From: Zhengella sp.
Lineage (GTDB): Bacteria; Pseudomonadota; Alphaproteobacteria; Rhizobiales; Rhizobiaceae
Assembly (NCBI GenBank): GCA_050304175.1
Contig: JBNLDE010000219.1
Location: 11,545-75,544, forward strand
DNA length: 64,000 nt
Direction: 5' to 3'
The stretch's first letter is position 1, and every line of letters begins with the position of its first letter. This document shows, one piece after another, positions 50,705 to 60,564 of this stretch. The position numbers were made by a program, and so were the translations under genes. Below the pieces are notes generated by a model, which searched no databases, was not told the DNA's origin, and saw only the letters and a program-made list of their open reading frames with translations.

Positions 50705-51040
50705 ATGATACTCCGCATATTGATACTTTCATATCTTGTATTTATAACAGGATGTACTGTAACAGACTATTATAAATACGGTAAAGCATTTTATAAAGTG
50801 GAGCATCACCAGTCTCCCATAGAGAATAGCGAACTATTCATACTCTCACACGATGGTTCTTGGACCAGTGTGAGACTTGCCGGGACTTCCAGTCCTCTTG
50901 ATCCCAGAGTCTTCAATCCGAGAACAAAAATACAACCAGAAGAGGTCGCCGCTGTCCAAAAAGAACGGAAATGCCGAAATAGTCAGAGGTGCCCTGGAAA
51001 TGCGGACGACGCAGACCCGGAAACCCCGGCACATGAGTGA
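50705..51040 (+). CDS. Small lipoprotein encoded in a low-GC islet
   Basis: MILRILILSYLVFITGC is a textbook lipoprotein signal with a lipobox. The codon usage is foreign to the window, with several ATA, AAA, TAT and TTT codons. No family recognised. Confidence 0.55.
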   Translation: MILRILILSYLVFITGCTVTDYYKYGKAFYKVEHHQSPIENSELFILSHDGSWTSVRLAGTSSPLDPRVFNPRTKIQPEEVAAVQKERKCRNSQRCPGNADDADPETPAHE

Positions 51041-51213
51041 CAGGATTTCCGTTGAGGCTGTCGTCAGGACGCTGGAGTTCGCGTGCATGTACGCCGGCAA
51101 ATCCGCATCCTTGGTCCGAAGTCCTGGGCGACGTTGACGACAACCGGACGTCAATTGCCGGCGGAAGCTTGCGCTCCCGCCCGCCCCGTCCCCGCCGGGC
51201 CTGCCAGGCAAGA

Positions 51214-52536
51214 CTATCTGGTTAGCGCCAGGCGCTGAATGTTATGGGCGATTTCCTGGAACGCGCTGTCCAGTTCGGAACCGCTTGACGTGTCGAAAAA
51301 GTGCCGCGCCGAACCGGTATCAGGCGAAGAGCAGTTTTGCAGCGTGCCCTTGGCGCTGGTCGAATTGAGCTGGAAGCCGACCGTGAAGATCTCGATACCC
51401 TTCTTTTTCATTTTCGAGCACAATTCCTCCGCGTAAGCGCGCGAATTGGTCGACTGGCGGCCGCGCGTGTTTTGGCGCTGGCCGACGCCGGCGAAGGCAG
51501 TGTTGAATTCGCCGTCGGTCATCAGGATGGCGTATTTCACGACCTGCTTGTCGTTGTATTTTCCCGGCTCGGAATCGGCCGGAAGCACTTTTTTCCATTT
51601 CGGCGAAAGCATGTACCACGACCACTGGATGCCGATGTGGCCGGCGGTGAAACCGTTGGCCCTGAAACTGTCCACCGTTGACTTAAGCGCGGTGGAATCA
51701 TTGGAGAGCGGGTGCAGAACCGCGTTCGGGCAGAAGCCGAGACGGTAGTCGCGGTTGACCAGGGCCGCGTTGGGGCTCACATCGTTGAATTGGTTCATTC
51801 CCTTGCGCTCGGTCGCGCAATCGTCCGGATGATAGCCCGAGACCGCCAGCGGATCGCCCAACATCGGCGGTTCGCCGGTGGTATAGCCCCGTTCGTAATA
51901 GACAAGATTGTTCAGAGCGCCGACATTGACTGCGTCGGCGTAGGGAACGATGGCAACGCGAACCCGGTTCGAACCGGCGGCCTGGCCGTCGAGGAACGTG
52001 CCGATGGCGCGTTTCGCCGCCTCTTTAAGGTCTACCAGCTTCTGCCCTCCCATCGAACCGGTGATGTCGAGCATCATGGCCACTTCGACCTGCTTGTCGG
52101 CGTAGACGGTTGCGGCGGACACGTTGATCGGGTACTCGCTACCGGCCTTGAACAGCGGGAAGGACAACTCGGTCTTGGCATCGACCGTGGCGTCGATTGT
52201 GCCTGCCTTGGTATCGATATCGAACTTCGCGAACGAAATCGAATCGGGCTTCAGGTAGCCGCCCGGCGCATTGGCGATGAGAAAGGCGAGCGCCGTCTTT
52301 TCGGCGTCCTTTTTCTTGATATGGCCGGTCGAGATGTCGCGTGCGGTCGATGTCAGCGCAGCATCGAGTGCGTTAGCCAGGCGTGATTTCGATCCACTGA
52401 TCTGGGCGATATCGATCCCGAAGCCGACAGCCACAACGAGAACCGGAAGTGCAATCCCCGCGATCAGGGCGAAATTGCCATTCCGGTCGTTCACAAGTCG
52501 ATATGCGGCATGCGTAGTCTTTCCAATAAAGCCCAT
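51214..52536 (-). CDS. TadG/TadE-like N-terminus fused to a von Willebrand factor A domain (orphan Flp-pilus-associated-type protein)
   Basis: The N-terminus [29 protein letters not shown] is a TadE/G-like pseudopilin-type segment. The vWA MIDAS motif is MMLDITGSMGG. Confidence 0.85.
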   Translation of the reverse strand: MGFIGKTTHAAYRLVNDRNGNFALIAGIALPVLVVAVGFGIDIAQISGSKSRLANALDAALTSTARDISTGHIKKKDAEKTALAFLIANAPGGYLKPDSISFAKFDIDTKAGTIDATVDAKTELSFPLFKAGSEYPINVSAATVYADKQVEVAMMLDITGSMGGQKLVDLKEAAKRAIGTFLDGQAAGSNRVRVAIVPYADAVNVGALNNLVYYERGYTTGEPPMLGDPLAVSGYHPDDCATERKGMNQFNDVSPNAALVNRDYRLGFCPNAVLHPLSNDSTALKSTVDSFRANGFTAGHIGIQWSWYMLSPKWKKVLPADSEPGKYNDKQVVKYAILMTDGEFNTAFAGVGQRQNTRGRQSTNSRAYAEELCSKMKKKGIEIFTVGFQLNSTSAKGTLQNCSSPDTGSARHFFDTSSGSELDSAFQEIAHNIQRLALTR

Positions 52537-52673
52537 TGCGGATCTCCGATCGGGTTCCGAATTCTCATGCGGCAGAGGTGCAGAAAGCCGGCCAATTGGG
52601 GGCCGTCATAGGCCGGGATTGGTAAAATACGGCCTAAGGCGCTGAAACTATTCGGATTTGGATGAGAGAACGG

Positions 52674-52689
52674 CTAACACCCGGTTAAC
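52674..52689. promoter_or_regulatory. Near-CtrA box (one mismatch) upstream of the TadG-like gene
   Basis: CTAAcacccggTTAAC lies about 140-150 nt upstream of the start at 52536. Four GANTC sites cluster at 52739-52818. Confidence 0.25.
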
Positions 52690-52839
52690 ATGACAGGGCG
52701 CGCCGGCCGACATTAACCGATCGTCCACCATGACCGGTGAATCCGCGGGGGCGAATCGTATGAAACACCGTGCCATTTCGGCACACAGAGTCCCGTTTTG
52801 GACCGGGCACCGGTGAATCGTGTTCCAAAACGACGCGCT

Positions 52840-53079
52840 CTAGAAGTCGACGGCGATGCCCTTGACCTCGTAATCGCCATAGCGCACCGGCTCCTTGCCA
52901 CCGCGGCCGCCGACCTCCGCCGGCATCTCGGCGGCTTTCCTTTCGTAGGCCGCGCGGCGTTCCTCCGCTTCCTTCAAGGCGCGTTGGGCCGCGGCCGGCA
53001 GGTCTTCGAAACGGCGGGGGGGCCGGCCGCTTGTCGCGTCATCCGCCATTTTGGCATCGTCATCTTGGCCGTTTGTCAT
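52840..53079 (-). CDS. DUF1674 / SDHAF4-like small protein
   Basis: 79 aa ending EVGGRGGKEPVRYGDYEVKGIAVDF, which matches the conserved C-terminal signature of DUF1674 and mitochondrial SDHAF4 (..GG.RG.EPTRYGDWE.KGR..DF). The ATG at 53079 was chosen. Confidence 0.85.
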   Translation of the reverse strand: MTNGQDDDAKMADDATSGRPPRRFEDLPAAAQRALKEAEERRAAYERKAAEMPAEVGGRGGKEPVRYGDYEVKGIAVDF

Positions 53080-53162
53080 GCATTGCCGTCCGGGCTTGAA
53101 ATTGCCATTAGTCCCTTTCGCTCTTATAGGGCGGAAACTCTGCGGGATCGACCCCGCGAACC

Positions 53163-54626
53163 ATGGCGGCAGCCGGAAAATGGACAAGCGACAATGATGA
53201 CAACGACGATGATCGTCACCGGCGGCCAGTCTTGAGCGGCAGAGCCCGCGACGGGCGGAAAGGCGGACAACGCCGCACACCGGACGGCGGCGATCCGGCC
53301 AGGCTGGAGCCGATGGCCGGGCTCGAGGCGCGCCAGGCGGCCGCCCGGCTGCTTGGGGCGATCGTAACCGCGCACAGTTCGATGGACGGGCTGACGGATG
53401 CAGAACACGGCCATCCGCAATTCCTGGCGCTTGACAACAGGGACCGGGCGCTGGTGCGGGCGATCCTGATGACGGCCCTGCGGCACCGCAACACGATCGA
53501 AGCGCTGATCGCCAAGCGACTCGACAGGCCGCTGCCGGAGAATGCGCATGCGCTTTCGCACATCCTGCATGTCGGCGCGGCGCAGCTCGTCTTTCTCGAC
53601 GTGCCCGACAGCGCGGCGGTCAATCTCGCCGTCGCTCAGGCCAAGGCCGATCCGCGGACGCGACGGTTCTCCGCGCTCGTCAATGCCGCTTTGCGTTCGA
53701 TCGGACGCGGCGGCGAAAGGGCTCGCGATGCGGCGCTACGCCAATCGGTCGATGCGCCGGCCTGGTTCGCCGGAAATCTGGAGCGCGACTACGGTGCTAT
53801 GAAAGCCGCGGCGATCCTGGCGGCTCACCGCGTCGAGGCGCCGGTCGATTTCACGGTGAAGTCGGATCCCGAAGGCTGGGCTGAGCAGTTCGGCGGAATC
53901 GTCTTGCCGACCGGCAGCGTGCGGGTGGAGTCACTTCGGTGCGCCGTTCCCGATCTTCCCGGATTCAGCGAAGGCCAATGGTGGGTCCAGGACGCGGCGG
54001 CAGCCCTGCCCGCTCGGCTTCTGGGAGATGTCCGCGACAAGCGCGTCGGAGATCTGTGCGCAGCGCCGGGAGGCAAGACGGCGCAATTGGCGCATGCCGG
54101 CGCCCATGTAACCGCCATCGATATCAGTGCCAGTCGGCTAAGGCGCATGGAAGCAAACCTTGCACGCCTCGGCCTCGCGGCTGAAACACTGGTCGCCGAT
54201 CTGAAGACCTATGAACCGCGAGAACCATTCGACGCGGTTCTGCTCGATGCCCCCTGCTCATCGACCGGAACGGTGCGGCGACACCCGGATGTGCCCTGGG
54301 CCAAGACGCAGGCGGATATCGATCGCCTGGCCGCGCTGCAGGGCATACTTCTGGACCGCGCGATTGCCATGGTCAGGCCCGGCGGATGCCTGGTCTTCTC
54401 GAATTGCTCGCTGGACAAGGACGAGGGCGAACGCTTGGTCGAGCGGTTCCTGGCGGATCGCAGCGACGTTGCGCCGGAGCCGATCGGGTCCGGCGAGGTT
54501 GCCGGGACCGAAGGATTCGTCGACGAGAGCGGCTGGCTGCGGACAACCCCCGCCGATTGGCCCTTTTCCTCGCCGCGCCGGTCGGGGCTGGACGGGTTCT
54601 TCGCCGCGCGGCTGCACCGGATCTGA
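53163..54626 (+). CDS. rsmB: RsmB/NOP-family 16S rRNA cytosine-C5 methyltransferase
   Basis: A NusB-like N-terminal domain is followed by the MTase core (DLCAAPGGKT, LLDAPCSSTGTVRRHPD, CLVFSNCSL). The start is uncertain. An ATG at 53313 is an alternative to 53163. Confidence 0.85.
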   Translation: MAAAGKWTSDNDDNDDDRHRRPVLSGRARDGRKGGQRRTPDGGDPARLEPMAGLEARQAAARLLGAIVTAHSSMDGLTDAEHGHPQFLALDNRDRALVRAILMTALRHRNTIEALIAKRLDRPLPENAHALSHILHVGAAQLVFLDVPDSAAVNLAVAQAKADPRTRRFSALVNAALRSIGRGGERARDAALRQSVDAPAWFAGNLERDYGAMKAAAILAAHRVEAPVDFTVKSDPEGWAEQFGGIVLPTGSVRVESLRCAVPDLPGFSEGQWWVQDAAAALPARLLGDVRDKRVGDLCAAPGGKTAQLAHAGAHVTAIDISASRLRRMEANLARLGLAAETLVADLKTYEPREPFDAVLLDAPCSSTGTVRRHPDVPWAKTQADIDRLAALQGILLDRAIAMVRPGGCLVFSNCSLDKDEGERLVERFLADRSDVAPEPIGSGEVAGTEGFVDESGWLRTTPADWPFSSPRRSGLDGFFAARLHRI

Positions 54627-54723
54627 CTGCAAAGGATGGCGCATTCCCGCGTCCAACTTTGAGCTTCGCATAAAATCTTGAATCACCTAAGATATCGTCC
54701 AGGGGAGATATGGAGGGACGTGC

Positions 54724-56439
54724 TTGACCAGCGCGACAAGCGACAGTCCGCGCCTGTGGGGATTGATACTCCGTGAATTGTGGCGCAAGGCGAGGCGCCG
54801 GCTGAGGGCCGGGCCTGTCTATCGCTGGCGTTTCACAGGGCGCACGCCGGAGCGTGTGCTGATTGCCCCGCCGGACCTCAGGCTCTGCGATGGCCAGATC
54901 GCGCTGGAGATCTATTCCGGGCGTTTCCCGCTTGCCGGACATATCGTGGAGACGGGCGGCGAGTCACCGTTTCGCATCGATATCACGAACCGGCCGTGGC
55001 TGGAGGCGTTGCACGGATTTCGCTGGCTGCGCCACATGCGCGCTTCGGGAACCGACCTTGCATCGGCCAATGCGCGCGCGCTGATCAATGACTGGATCAG
55101 CGGGCCTGGCGCACGGATCGGCGGCATAGGCTGGGAACCCGCAATTACCGCCATCCGCATCATCGCGTGGCTGCAACACTCGACGATCGTGCTGCAGGGA
55201 TCGGAATTCGCGTTCTACCGCACATTCCTGAAATCGCTTTCGGCCCAGATCCGCTACCTGCGGACGATGGCGCCGGAAATGCCCGATGGCGAAGAAAAGC
55301 TGCGCGCGCGCATCGCGCTCGCCTATGCCGCGCTTTCGCTGCCGGTGGCACCGTCGTCGCTGCGGAACGCGACGCGCAATCTCAGTGTCGAGCTCCATCA
55401 CCAGGTCCTAGCCGACGGCGGCCACATTTCACGCAATCCGAACGCTGTGCTGGAACTACTTGCCGACCTGCTGCCGTTGCGCCAGACCTATGCCAACCAG
55501 GCGGAAACGCTGCCGGCGGCTCTTATCGGCGCGGTGGAACGTATGTTGCCGATGCTGCGCTTCTTCCGCCACCAGGACGGCAACCTGGCCAGGTTCAACG
55601 GCGTCGGGGCCACCAGCGCCGACCGGATCCTCGGGATCCTGCAGCACGACGAAACGCAGGGCGCGCCGCTGTCGCATGCGCCGCATTCGGGTTACGAACG
55701 GCTTCAGATCGGGCATACCACCGTCATCGCGGACACCGGAATCGCGCCGCCTGTCGACGTTGCGGGGCGGGCTCATGCCGGGTGCCTTTCATTCGAAATG
55801 TCTTCAGGACGGTATCATTTCATCGTCAATTGCGGCGTCGACAATTTCGGCGCGGAGGATTTCCGTCCGCTGGCGCGCGCCACCGCAGCGCATTCGACGG
55901 CGGTGCTTAACGATTCCTCCTCCGCCCGGTTTGCGCTTAACGGATGGGCGTACGAGATGATCGGCTCGCCGCTGGTCTCGGGGCCGAAGAAGGTGCCGTG
56001 CTCCCGCGAGGACGGCGAGGCGTATCAGGGCTTCACGGCAAGCCATGACGGGTATGTCAGCCGTTTCGGGCTGGTGCACGAACGTCAGCTCGTCCTGCGC
56101 GAAAGCGGCCTCATTCTCGACGGGCGCGACAGGTTCTTCCGTCCCAATGGCGAACCGGCCAGGGACAATGGCAAGGACGCGGTTACCTTACGATTCCACG
56201 CGCATCCCGATGTCGAGCTGTTCACCGACGAATACGGCCAGGTGACGCTGGCGGCGCCGGGCGGCGATACCTGGGTGTTTACCTGCGGTGGCCCGCAGCC
56301 GGTCATCGAAGGTTCGATTTATTTCGCCGGAATAGCGGGCCCGGTGAAAACCGGACAGATCGTCATTTCCTTCAAGGCTTCGGAAGTGCCGGAAATTCAC
56401 TGGCGGCTGACGAAAATGACGACCGCCGCCAAAACCTGA
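54724..56439 (+). CDS. Heparinase II/III-family protein
   Basis: 571 aa with an N-terminal pattern (YSGRF.LAG......G.SPF........WLEALHGFRWLRH) that I recognise from heparinase II/III-like proteins of Rhizobiales. TTG start as in the track. Confidence 0.8.
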   Translation: MTSATSDSPRLWGLILRELWRKARRRLRAGPVYRWRFTGRTPERVLIAPPDLRLCDGQIALEIYSGRFPLAGHIVETGGESPFRIDITNRPWLEALHGFRWLRHMRASGTDLASANARALINDWISGPGARIGGIGWEPAITAIRIIAWLQHSTIVLQGSEFAFYRTFLKSLSAQIRYLRTMAPEMPDGEEKLRARIALAYAALSLPVAPSSLRNATRNLSVELHHQVLADGGHISRNPNAVLELLADLLPLRQTYANQAETLPAALIGAVERMLPMLRFFRHQDGNLARFNGVGATSADRILGILQHDETQGAPLSHAPHSGYERLQIGHTTVIADTGIAPPVDVAGRAHAGCLSFEMSSGRYHFIVNCGVDNFGAEDFRPLARATAAHSTAVLNDSSSARFALNGWAYEMIGSPLVSGPKKVPCSREDGEAYQGFTASHDGYVSRFGLVHERQLVLRESGLILDGRDRFFRPNGEPARDNGKDAVTLRFHAHPDVELFTDEYGQVTLAAPGGDTWVFTCGGPQPVIEGSIYFAGIAGPVKTGQIVISFKASEVPEIHWRLTKMTTAAKT

Positions 56440-56593
56440 CTGCGGTATCAGAGCGTTTTGCCGATCGGTGCGAAATCGGTCGGCGCGCGGACCGCATGCT
56501 GCGGATAATCCATGTGGCTGATTGGACGGCGCGCGCGGCTGTGCTACTGCGCTCGCGACATCCACCTAATCCCTGCCGACAGGAACGCCGACC

Positions 56594-58210
56594 ATGGCCG
56601 TAGCCTCCAAGAAAATCCCCGCACCCGATCGCGTCACCATCCGCCGCGCCCTGCTTTCCGTGTCCGACAAGACGGGCCTCGCCGATCTGGCGACGGCTTT
56701 GAGCGCGCGCGGCGTCGAGCTCGTATCGACCGGCGGCACGGCTGCCGCGCTCGCCGCGGCGGGCCTGCCCGTGACAGATGTTTCCGAGATAACCGGTTTC
56801 CCCGAAATCATGGACGGCCGGGTCAAGACATTGCACCCCTCGGTGCATGGTGGTCTGCTGGCCATCCGCGACGACGAGGAACATGCTGCCGCCATGAAGG
56901 AGCATGCCATCACCGGCATCGACCTGGCGGTCATCAATCTCTATCCGTTCGAAGAAGTCCGCTTCTCGGGTGGCGATTATCCGTCCACCGTCGAAAACAT
57001 AGACATCGGCGGACCGGCCATGGTGCGTGCATCCGCCAAGAACCATGCCTATGTCGCGGTGGTCACCGACCCCGAGGACTACAGCGCCGTTCTGGAGGAG
57101 CTCGAGGCCAATGACGGCGCGGTTACCCATCGTTTCCGCCAGGAGCTGGCGGCCAAGGCATTTGCCCGCACGGCCGCCTACGATGCTGCGATATCCGGCT
57201 GGTTTGCCGAAACGCTCGTTATCGAGGCGCCGCGCCATCGTGCCTTCGGCGGTCGGTTGCACTCGGTCATGCGCTATGGCGAGAACCCGCACCAGAAGGC
57301 GGGCTTCTATCTGACAGGCGACAAGCGTCCGGGAGTGGCGACCGCCACCCAGCTCCAGGGCAAGCAGCTCTCCTACAACAACATCAACGATACGGACGCG
57401 GCGTTTGAGCTCGCTGCCGAATTCGATCCGGCGCGCACCGCGGCCGTGGCTATCATCAAGCATGCCAATCCCTGCGGCGTCGCCGAAGGGTCAGATATCA
57501 AAACCGCCTATGAGTTGGCGCTGCGATGCGATCCGGTGTCGGCTTTCGGCGGTATCGTCGCGCTCAACAGGACACTCGACGCGGCGGCGGCCGAGGAGAT
57601 CGTGAAGATCTTCACCGAGGTGATCATAGCGCCGGATGCCAGCGAAGAAGCGAAGGCGATCATCGCCGCCAAGAAGAACCTGCGCCTGCTGGTGACCGGT
57701 GGCCTGCCTGACCCGCGCGCCGCGGGCATCGCGGCCAAGACCGTCGCCGGTGGCCTGCTGGTGCAGAGCCGCGACAATGGCGTGATTGACGACCTTGACC
57801 TCAAGGTCGCGACGAAGCGTGCGCCGACGGACGAGGAAATGGCCGACCTGATGTTTGCTTTCCGGGTGGCCAAGCATGTCAAGTCGAACGCCATCGTCTA
57901 TGCGCGCGACCTTGCCACGGTGGGCATCGGCGCCGGACAGATGAGCCGGGTGGATTCGTCGCGGATCGCGGCGCGAAAGGCGCTGGATGCCAGCGAGGCC
58001 GCGGGTCTTGCCGAGCCGCTGACCAAGGGATGCGTGGTCGCCTCCGACGCCTTCTTTCCGTTCGCCGACGGCCTGCTGTCGGCGGTCGAGGCAGGCGCGA
58101 CCGCAGTGATCCAGCCCGGCGGTTCGATGCGCGACGATGAAGTGATCGCTGCTGCCGACGAGCATGGTATCGCCATGGTCTTCACCGGCATGCGCCATTT
58201 CCGGCACTAG
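56594..58210 (+). CDS. purH: Bifunctional AICAR transformylase / IMP cyclohydrolase
   Basis: [30 protein letters not shown], and the C-terminal [27 protein letters not shown]. Confidence 0.97.
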   Translation: MAVASKKIPAPDRVTIRRALLSVSDKTGLADLATALSARGVELVSTGGTAAALAAAGLPVTDVSEITGFPEIMDGRVKTLHPSVHGGLLAIRDDEEHAAAMKEHAITGIDLAVINLYPFEEVRFSGGDYPSTVENIDIGGPAMVRASAKNHAYVAVVTDPEDYSAVLEELEANDGAVTHRFRQELAAKAFARTAAYDAAISGWFAETLVIEAPRHRAFGGRLHSVMRYGENPHQKAGFYLTGDKRPGVATATQLQGKQLSYNNINDTDAAFELAAEFDPARTAAVAIIKHANPCGVAEGSDIKTAYELALRCDPVSAFGGIVALNRTLDAAAAEEIVKIFTEVIIAPDASEEAKAIIAAKKNLRLLVTGGLPDPRAAGIAAKTVAGGLLVQSRDNGVIDDLDLKVATKRAPTDEEMADLMFAFRVAKHVKSNAIVYARDLATVGIGAGQMSRVDSSRIAARKALDASEAAGLAEPLTKGCVVASDAFFPFADGLLSAVEAGATAVIQPGGSMRDDEVIAAADEHGIAMVFTGMRHFRH

Positions 58211-58290
58211 AACAACGCCTGCGCCTTGCCCCTGGCCCCCGGCCTGTTATGACCATCGCAGCGGATAAAGCGGACAGAAAGAGGGTTACA

Positions 58291-59283
58291 ATGCAGCAAC
58301 GGCAGCTCGGCAAGGACGGACCAATGGTCGGTGCAATGGGGCTCGGCTGCATGAGCTTTGCCGGCTTCTACGGACCGACCGACATGACCGAAGCGCACCG
58401 CACGTTGGCCCGGGCGCTCGATCTCGGCGTCACTCACCTCGATACGGCGCTGATTTATGGCGGCGGCCTTTCGGAGGAATGGATCGGCGCCTTTCTGAAG
58501 GACAATCCGGCGGCGCGCGGTCGCTTCGTCATCGCCACCAAGGGCGGTATCCGCACCAAGCCCACCCGCGGCTTCGACAATTCCGAGGCTTTCCTGCGCG
58601 AATGCCTCGAGGGCTCGCTCAAACGCCTCGGCGTCGACCATGTCCCGCTCTACTACGTTCACCGGCGCGATCAGGCGATCCCGATCGAGGAGGTTGCGGG
58701 CACGCTCGCCAGGTTCAAGCAGGAAGGCAAGATCGGGGCGATCGGCTTTTCGGAGATCTCGCCGGCTTCGCTGGAGCGGGCCGCGTCGGTACATCCGGTG
58801 GCGGCGGTCCAGAGCGAATACTCGCTTTGGACCCGGTTGCCGGAACTCGGCCTGATCCAGGCCTGTGCGCGGCTGGGCACTGCCTTTGTCGCTTTTTCGC
58901 CGATGGCGCGCGGTATGTTCGGCGCGGCACCGCTTGATCCATCGAAATTCGGCGAAAGCGATTTCCGCAGGGCCAATCCACGATTTGTCGAACCCAATTT
59001 CAGCTTCAACGAGGCGCGCGTGGCCGGATTCCGTTCCTATGCCGCGGATCACGGCTGGACACCCGCGTCGCTGGCGATCGCCTGGACGCTTCATCGCGGC
59101 GATCACGTGATCCCGATTCCCGGGACCCGTTCAGCGGAACACCTTGCCGACGATGCCGCCGGTGTGGCGATCGAATTGAGCGCCGCGCAGATTGCCGAGA
59201 TCGAGGAGATCCTGCCGGTTGGATTTGCCCATGGCGACCGCTACAGCGATCAACAATCGGTCGGCCCGGAGCGCTATTGCTGA
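58291..59283 (+). CDS. Aldo/keto reductase
   Basis: MQQRQLGKDG..V.AMGLGCM....YG, DTA..YG.G.SEE, LYY.HR.D, G.SE. The ATG at 58291 follows AGAGGG. Confidence 0.9.
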   Translation: MQQRQLGKDGPMVGAMGLGCMSFAGFYGPTDMTEAHRTLARALDLGVTHLDTALIYGGGLSEEWIGAFLKDNPAARGRFVIATKGGIRTKPTRGFDNSEAFLRECLEGSLKRLGVDHVPLYYVHRRDQAIPIEEVAGTLARFKQEGKIGAIGFSEISPASLERAASVHPVAAVQSEYSLWTRLPELGLIQACARLGTAFVAFSPMARGMFGAAPLDPSKFGESDFRRANPRFVEPNFSFNEARVAGFRSYAADHGWTPASLAIAWTLHRGDHVIPIPGTRSAEHLADDAAGVAIELSAAQIAEIEEILPVGFAHGDRYSDQQSVGPERYC

Positions 59284-59359
59284 GGTCGCTTGCCGGGTCG
59301 GGCCGGAGGGGCTATTGCCGGCCTGACTTTCCGCGAGACGCAGCTGGAATGGAGACATC

Positions 59360-60538
59360 TTGAACCCTCGCACGGCCACGTCGCACAGGCGCATTTCGAT
59401 CCTTGGCGCCACCGGCTCGATCGGCGTCAACACGCTGGACGTCATCCGGCATATGGGCGGGGATGAGGCGTTCGAGGTCGTCGCGGTGACCGGTTCCGCC
59501 AATGTTACGCTGCTTGCCAGGCAGGCACGCGCGGTCGGTGCCGAAATCGCGGTCACCGCCGACGAGCGGCACTACGCGCAACTGAAAGAGTTGCTGGCAG
59601 GGTCCGGCATCGAAGCCGCGGCCGGCCGCGCGGCGTTGATCGAGGCGGCCGCGATGCCCGCCGATATCACTATGGCGGCGATCGTCGGCATGGCGGGCCT
59701 GGAACCGACACTGGCCGCAGCCGCCAATGGCGGAACAGTCGCGCTCGCCAACAAGGAATGCCTGGTGTCGGCCGGCCCCCTCTTCATCGATGCGGTGCAT
59801 GGCGCGGGCGGGACGCTGCTGCCGGTCGATTCCGAGCACAACGCCATTTTCCAGGTGCTGGAGTCGGATCGCAAACACGCGGTCGAGCGCGTCATCCTGA
59901 CTGCTTCGGGTGGCCCGTTTCGTACCTACACCCGTAAGCAGATGGAAAGCGTAACGGTCGACGTCGCGCGGGCGCATCCAAACTGGTCTATGGGTCTGAA
60001 AATATCGATCGACTCCGCCTCGATGTTCAACAAGGCGTTGGAAATGATCGAGGCCAGGCACCTGTTCGAGCTGGAACCAGGCCAGGTCGAAGTCATCGTG
60101 CATCCGCAGTCGATCATCCATTCCATGGTCGGCTACCAGGACGGTTCGATCCTTGCGCAGCTCGGCCCATCCGACATGCGTACAGCCATCGGCTACTGCC
60201 TCGGCTGGCCATTTCGACCCGATCTGCCGGTGGAACGGCTTGATTTCGCCAAACTGGCGCGGCTGGACTTCGAGGCACCCGACGAGGAACGGTTTCCCGC
60301 GCTTCGCCTTGCGCGGAGGGCGCTGGTGGCGGGAGGCATCACGGGCGCCGTGCTGAACGGCGCCAAGGAAGTGGCACTGGACGCCTTCATCGCCGGACGG
60401 ATCGGCTTCCTGGAGATGGCCGATATCGTGGAGCGAATCATGGATGCTCTGGCCGACAGGGCGGCCGCGCGCACTGTCGAAGACGTGATCGCCGTGGACG
60501 GCGAAGCGCGGGCCAAAGCGGCCGCCGCGATTAGCTGA
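59360..60538 (+). CDS. dxr: 1-deoxy-D-xylulose-5-phosphate reductoisomerase
   Basis: ISILGATGSIG, LANKE, DSEHNAIFQ, LTASGGPFR, HPNWSMG and VHPQSIIHS motifs. TTG start preceded by GGAGA. Confidence 0.95.
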   Translation: MNPRTATSHRRISILGATGSIGVNTLDVIRHMGGDEAFEVVAVTGSANVTLLARQARAVGAEIAVTADERHYAQLKELLAGSGIEAAAGRAALIEAAAMPADITMAAIVGMAGLEPTLAAAANGGTVALANKECLVSAGPLFIDAVHGAGGTLLPVDSEHNAIFQVLESDRKHAVERVILTASGGPFRTYTRKQMESVTVDVARAHPNWSMGLKISIDSASMFNKALEMIEARHLFELEPGQVEVIVHPQSIIHSMVGYQDGSILAQLGPSDMRTAIGYCLGWPFRPDLPVERLDFAKLARLDFEAPDEERFPALRLARRALVAGGITGAVLNGAKEVALDAFIAGRIGFLEMADIVERIMDALADRAAARTVEDVIAVDGEARAKAAAAIS

Positions 60539-60564
60539 ACGGCGGCCGGCGACTGCCCGAAGCC

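Noticed and set aside
50877-51211. Overlapping 86-aa plus-strand and 121-aa minus-strand ORFs downstream of the lipoprotein gene
   Set aside because: There is no RBS, no motifs, and the ORFs mutually overlap in the convergent gap before the TadG-like stop. They are probably non-coding or gene remnants.
56440-56593. ZTP (pfl) riboswitch upstream of purH
   Set aside because: purH is a classic ZTP-riboswitch target. However, I could not find the conserved GGGTCGTGAC...CCGCCTGGGC elements in this leader.
56372-57463. 363-aa minus-strand ORF
   Set aside because: It is antisense to purH and is a shadow ORF.
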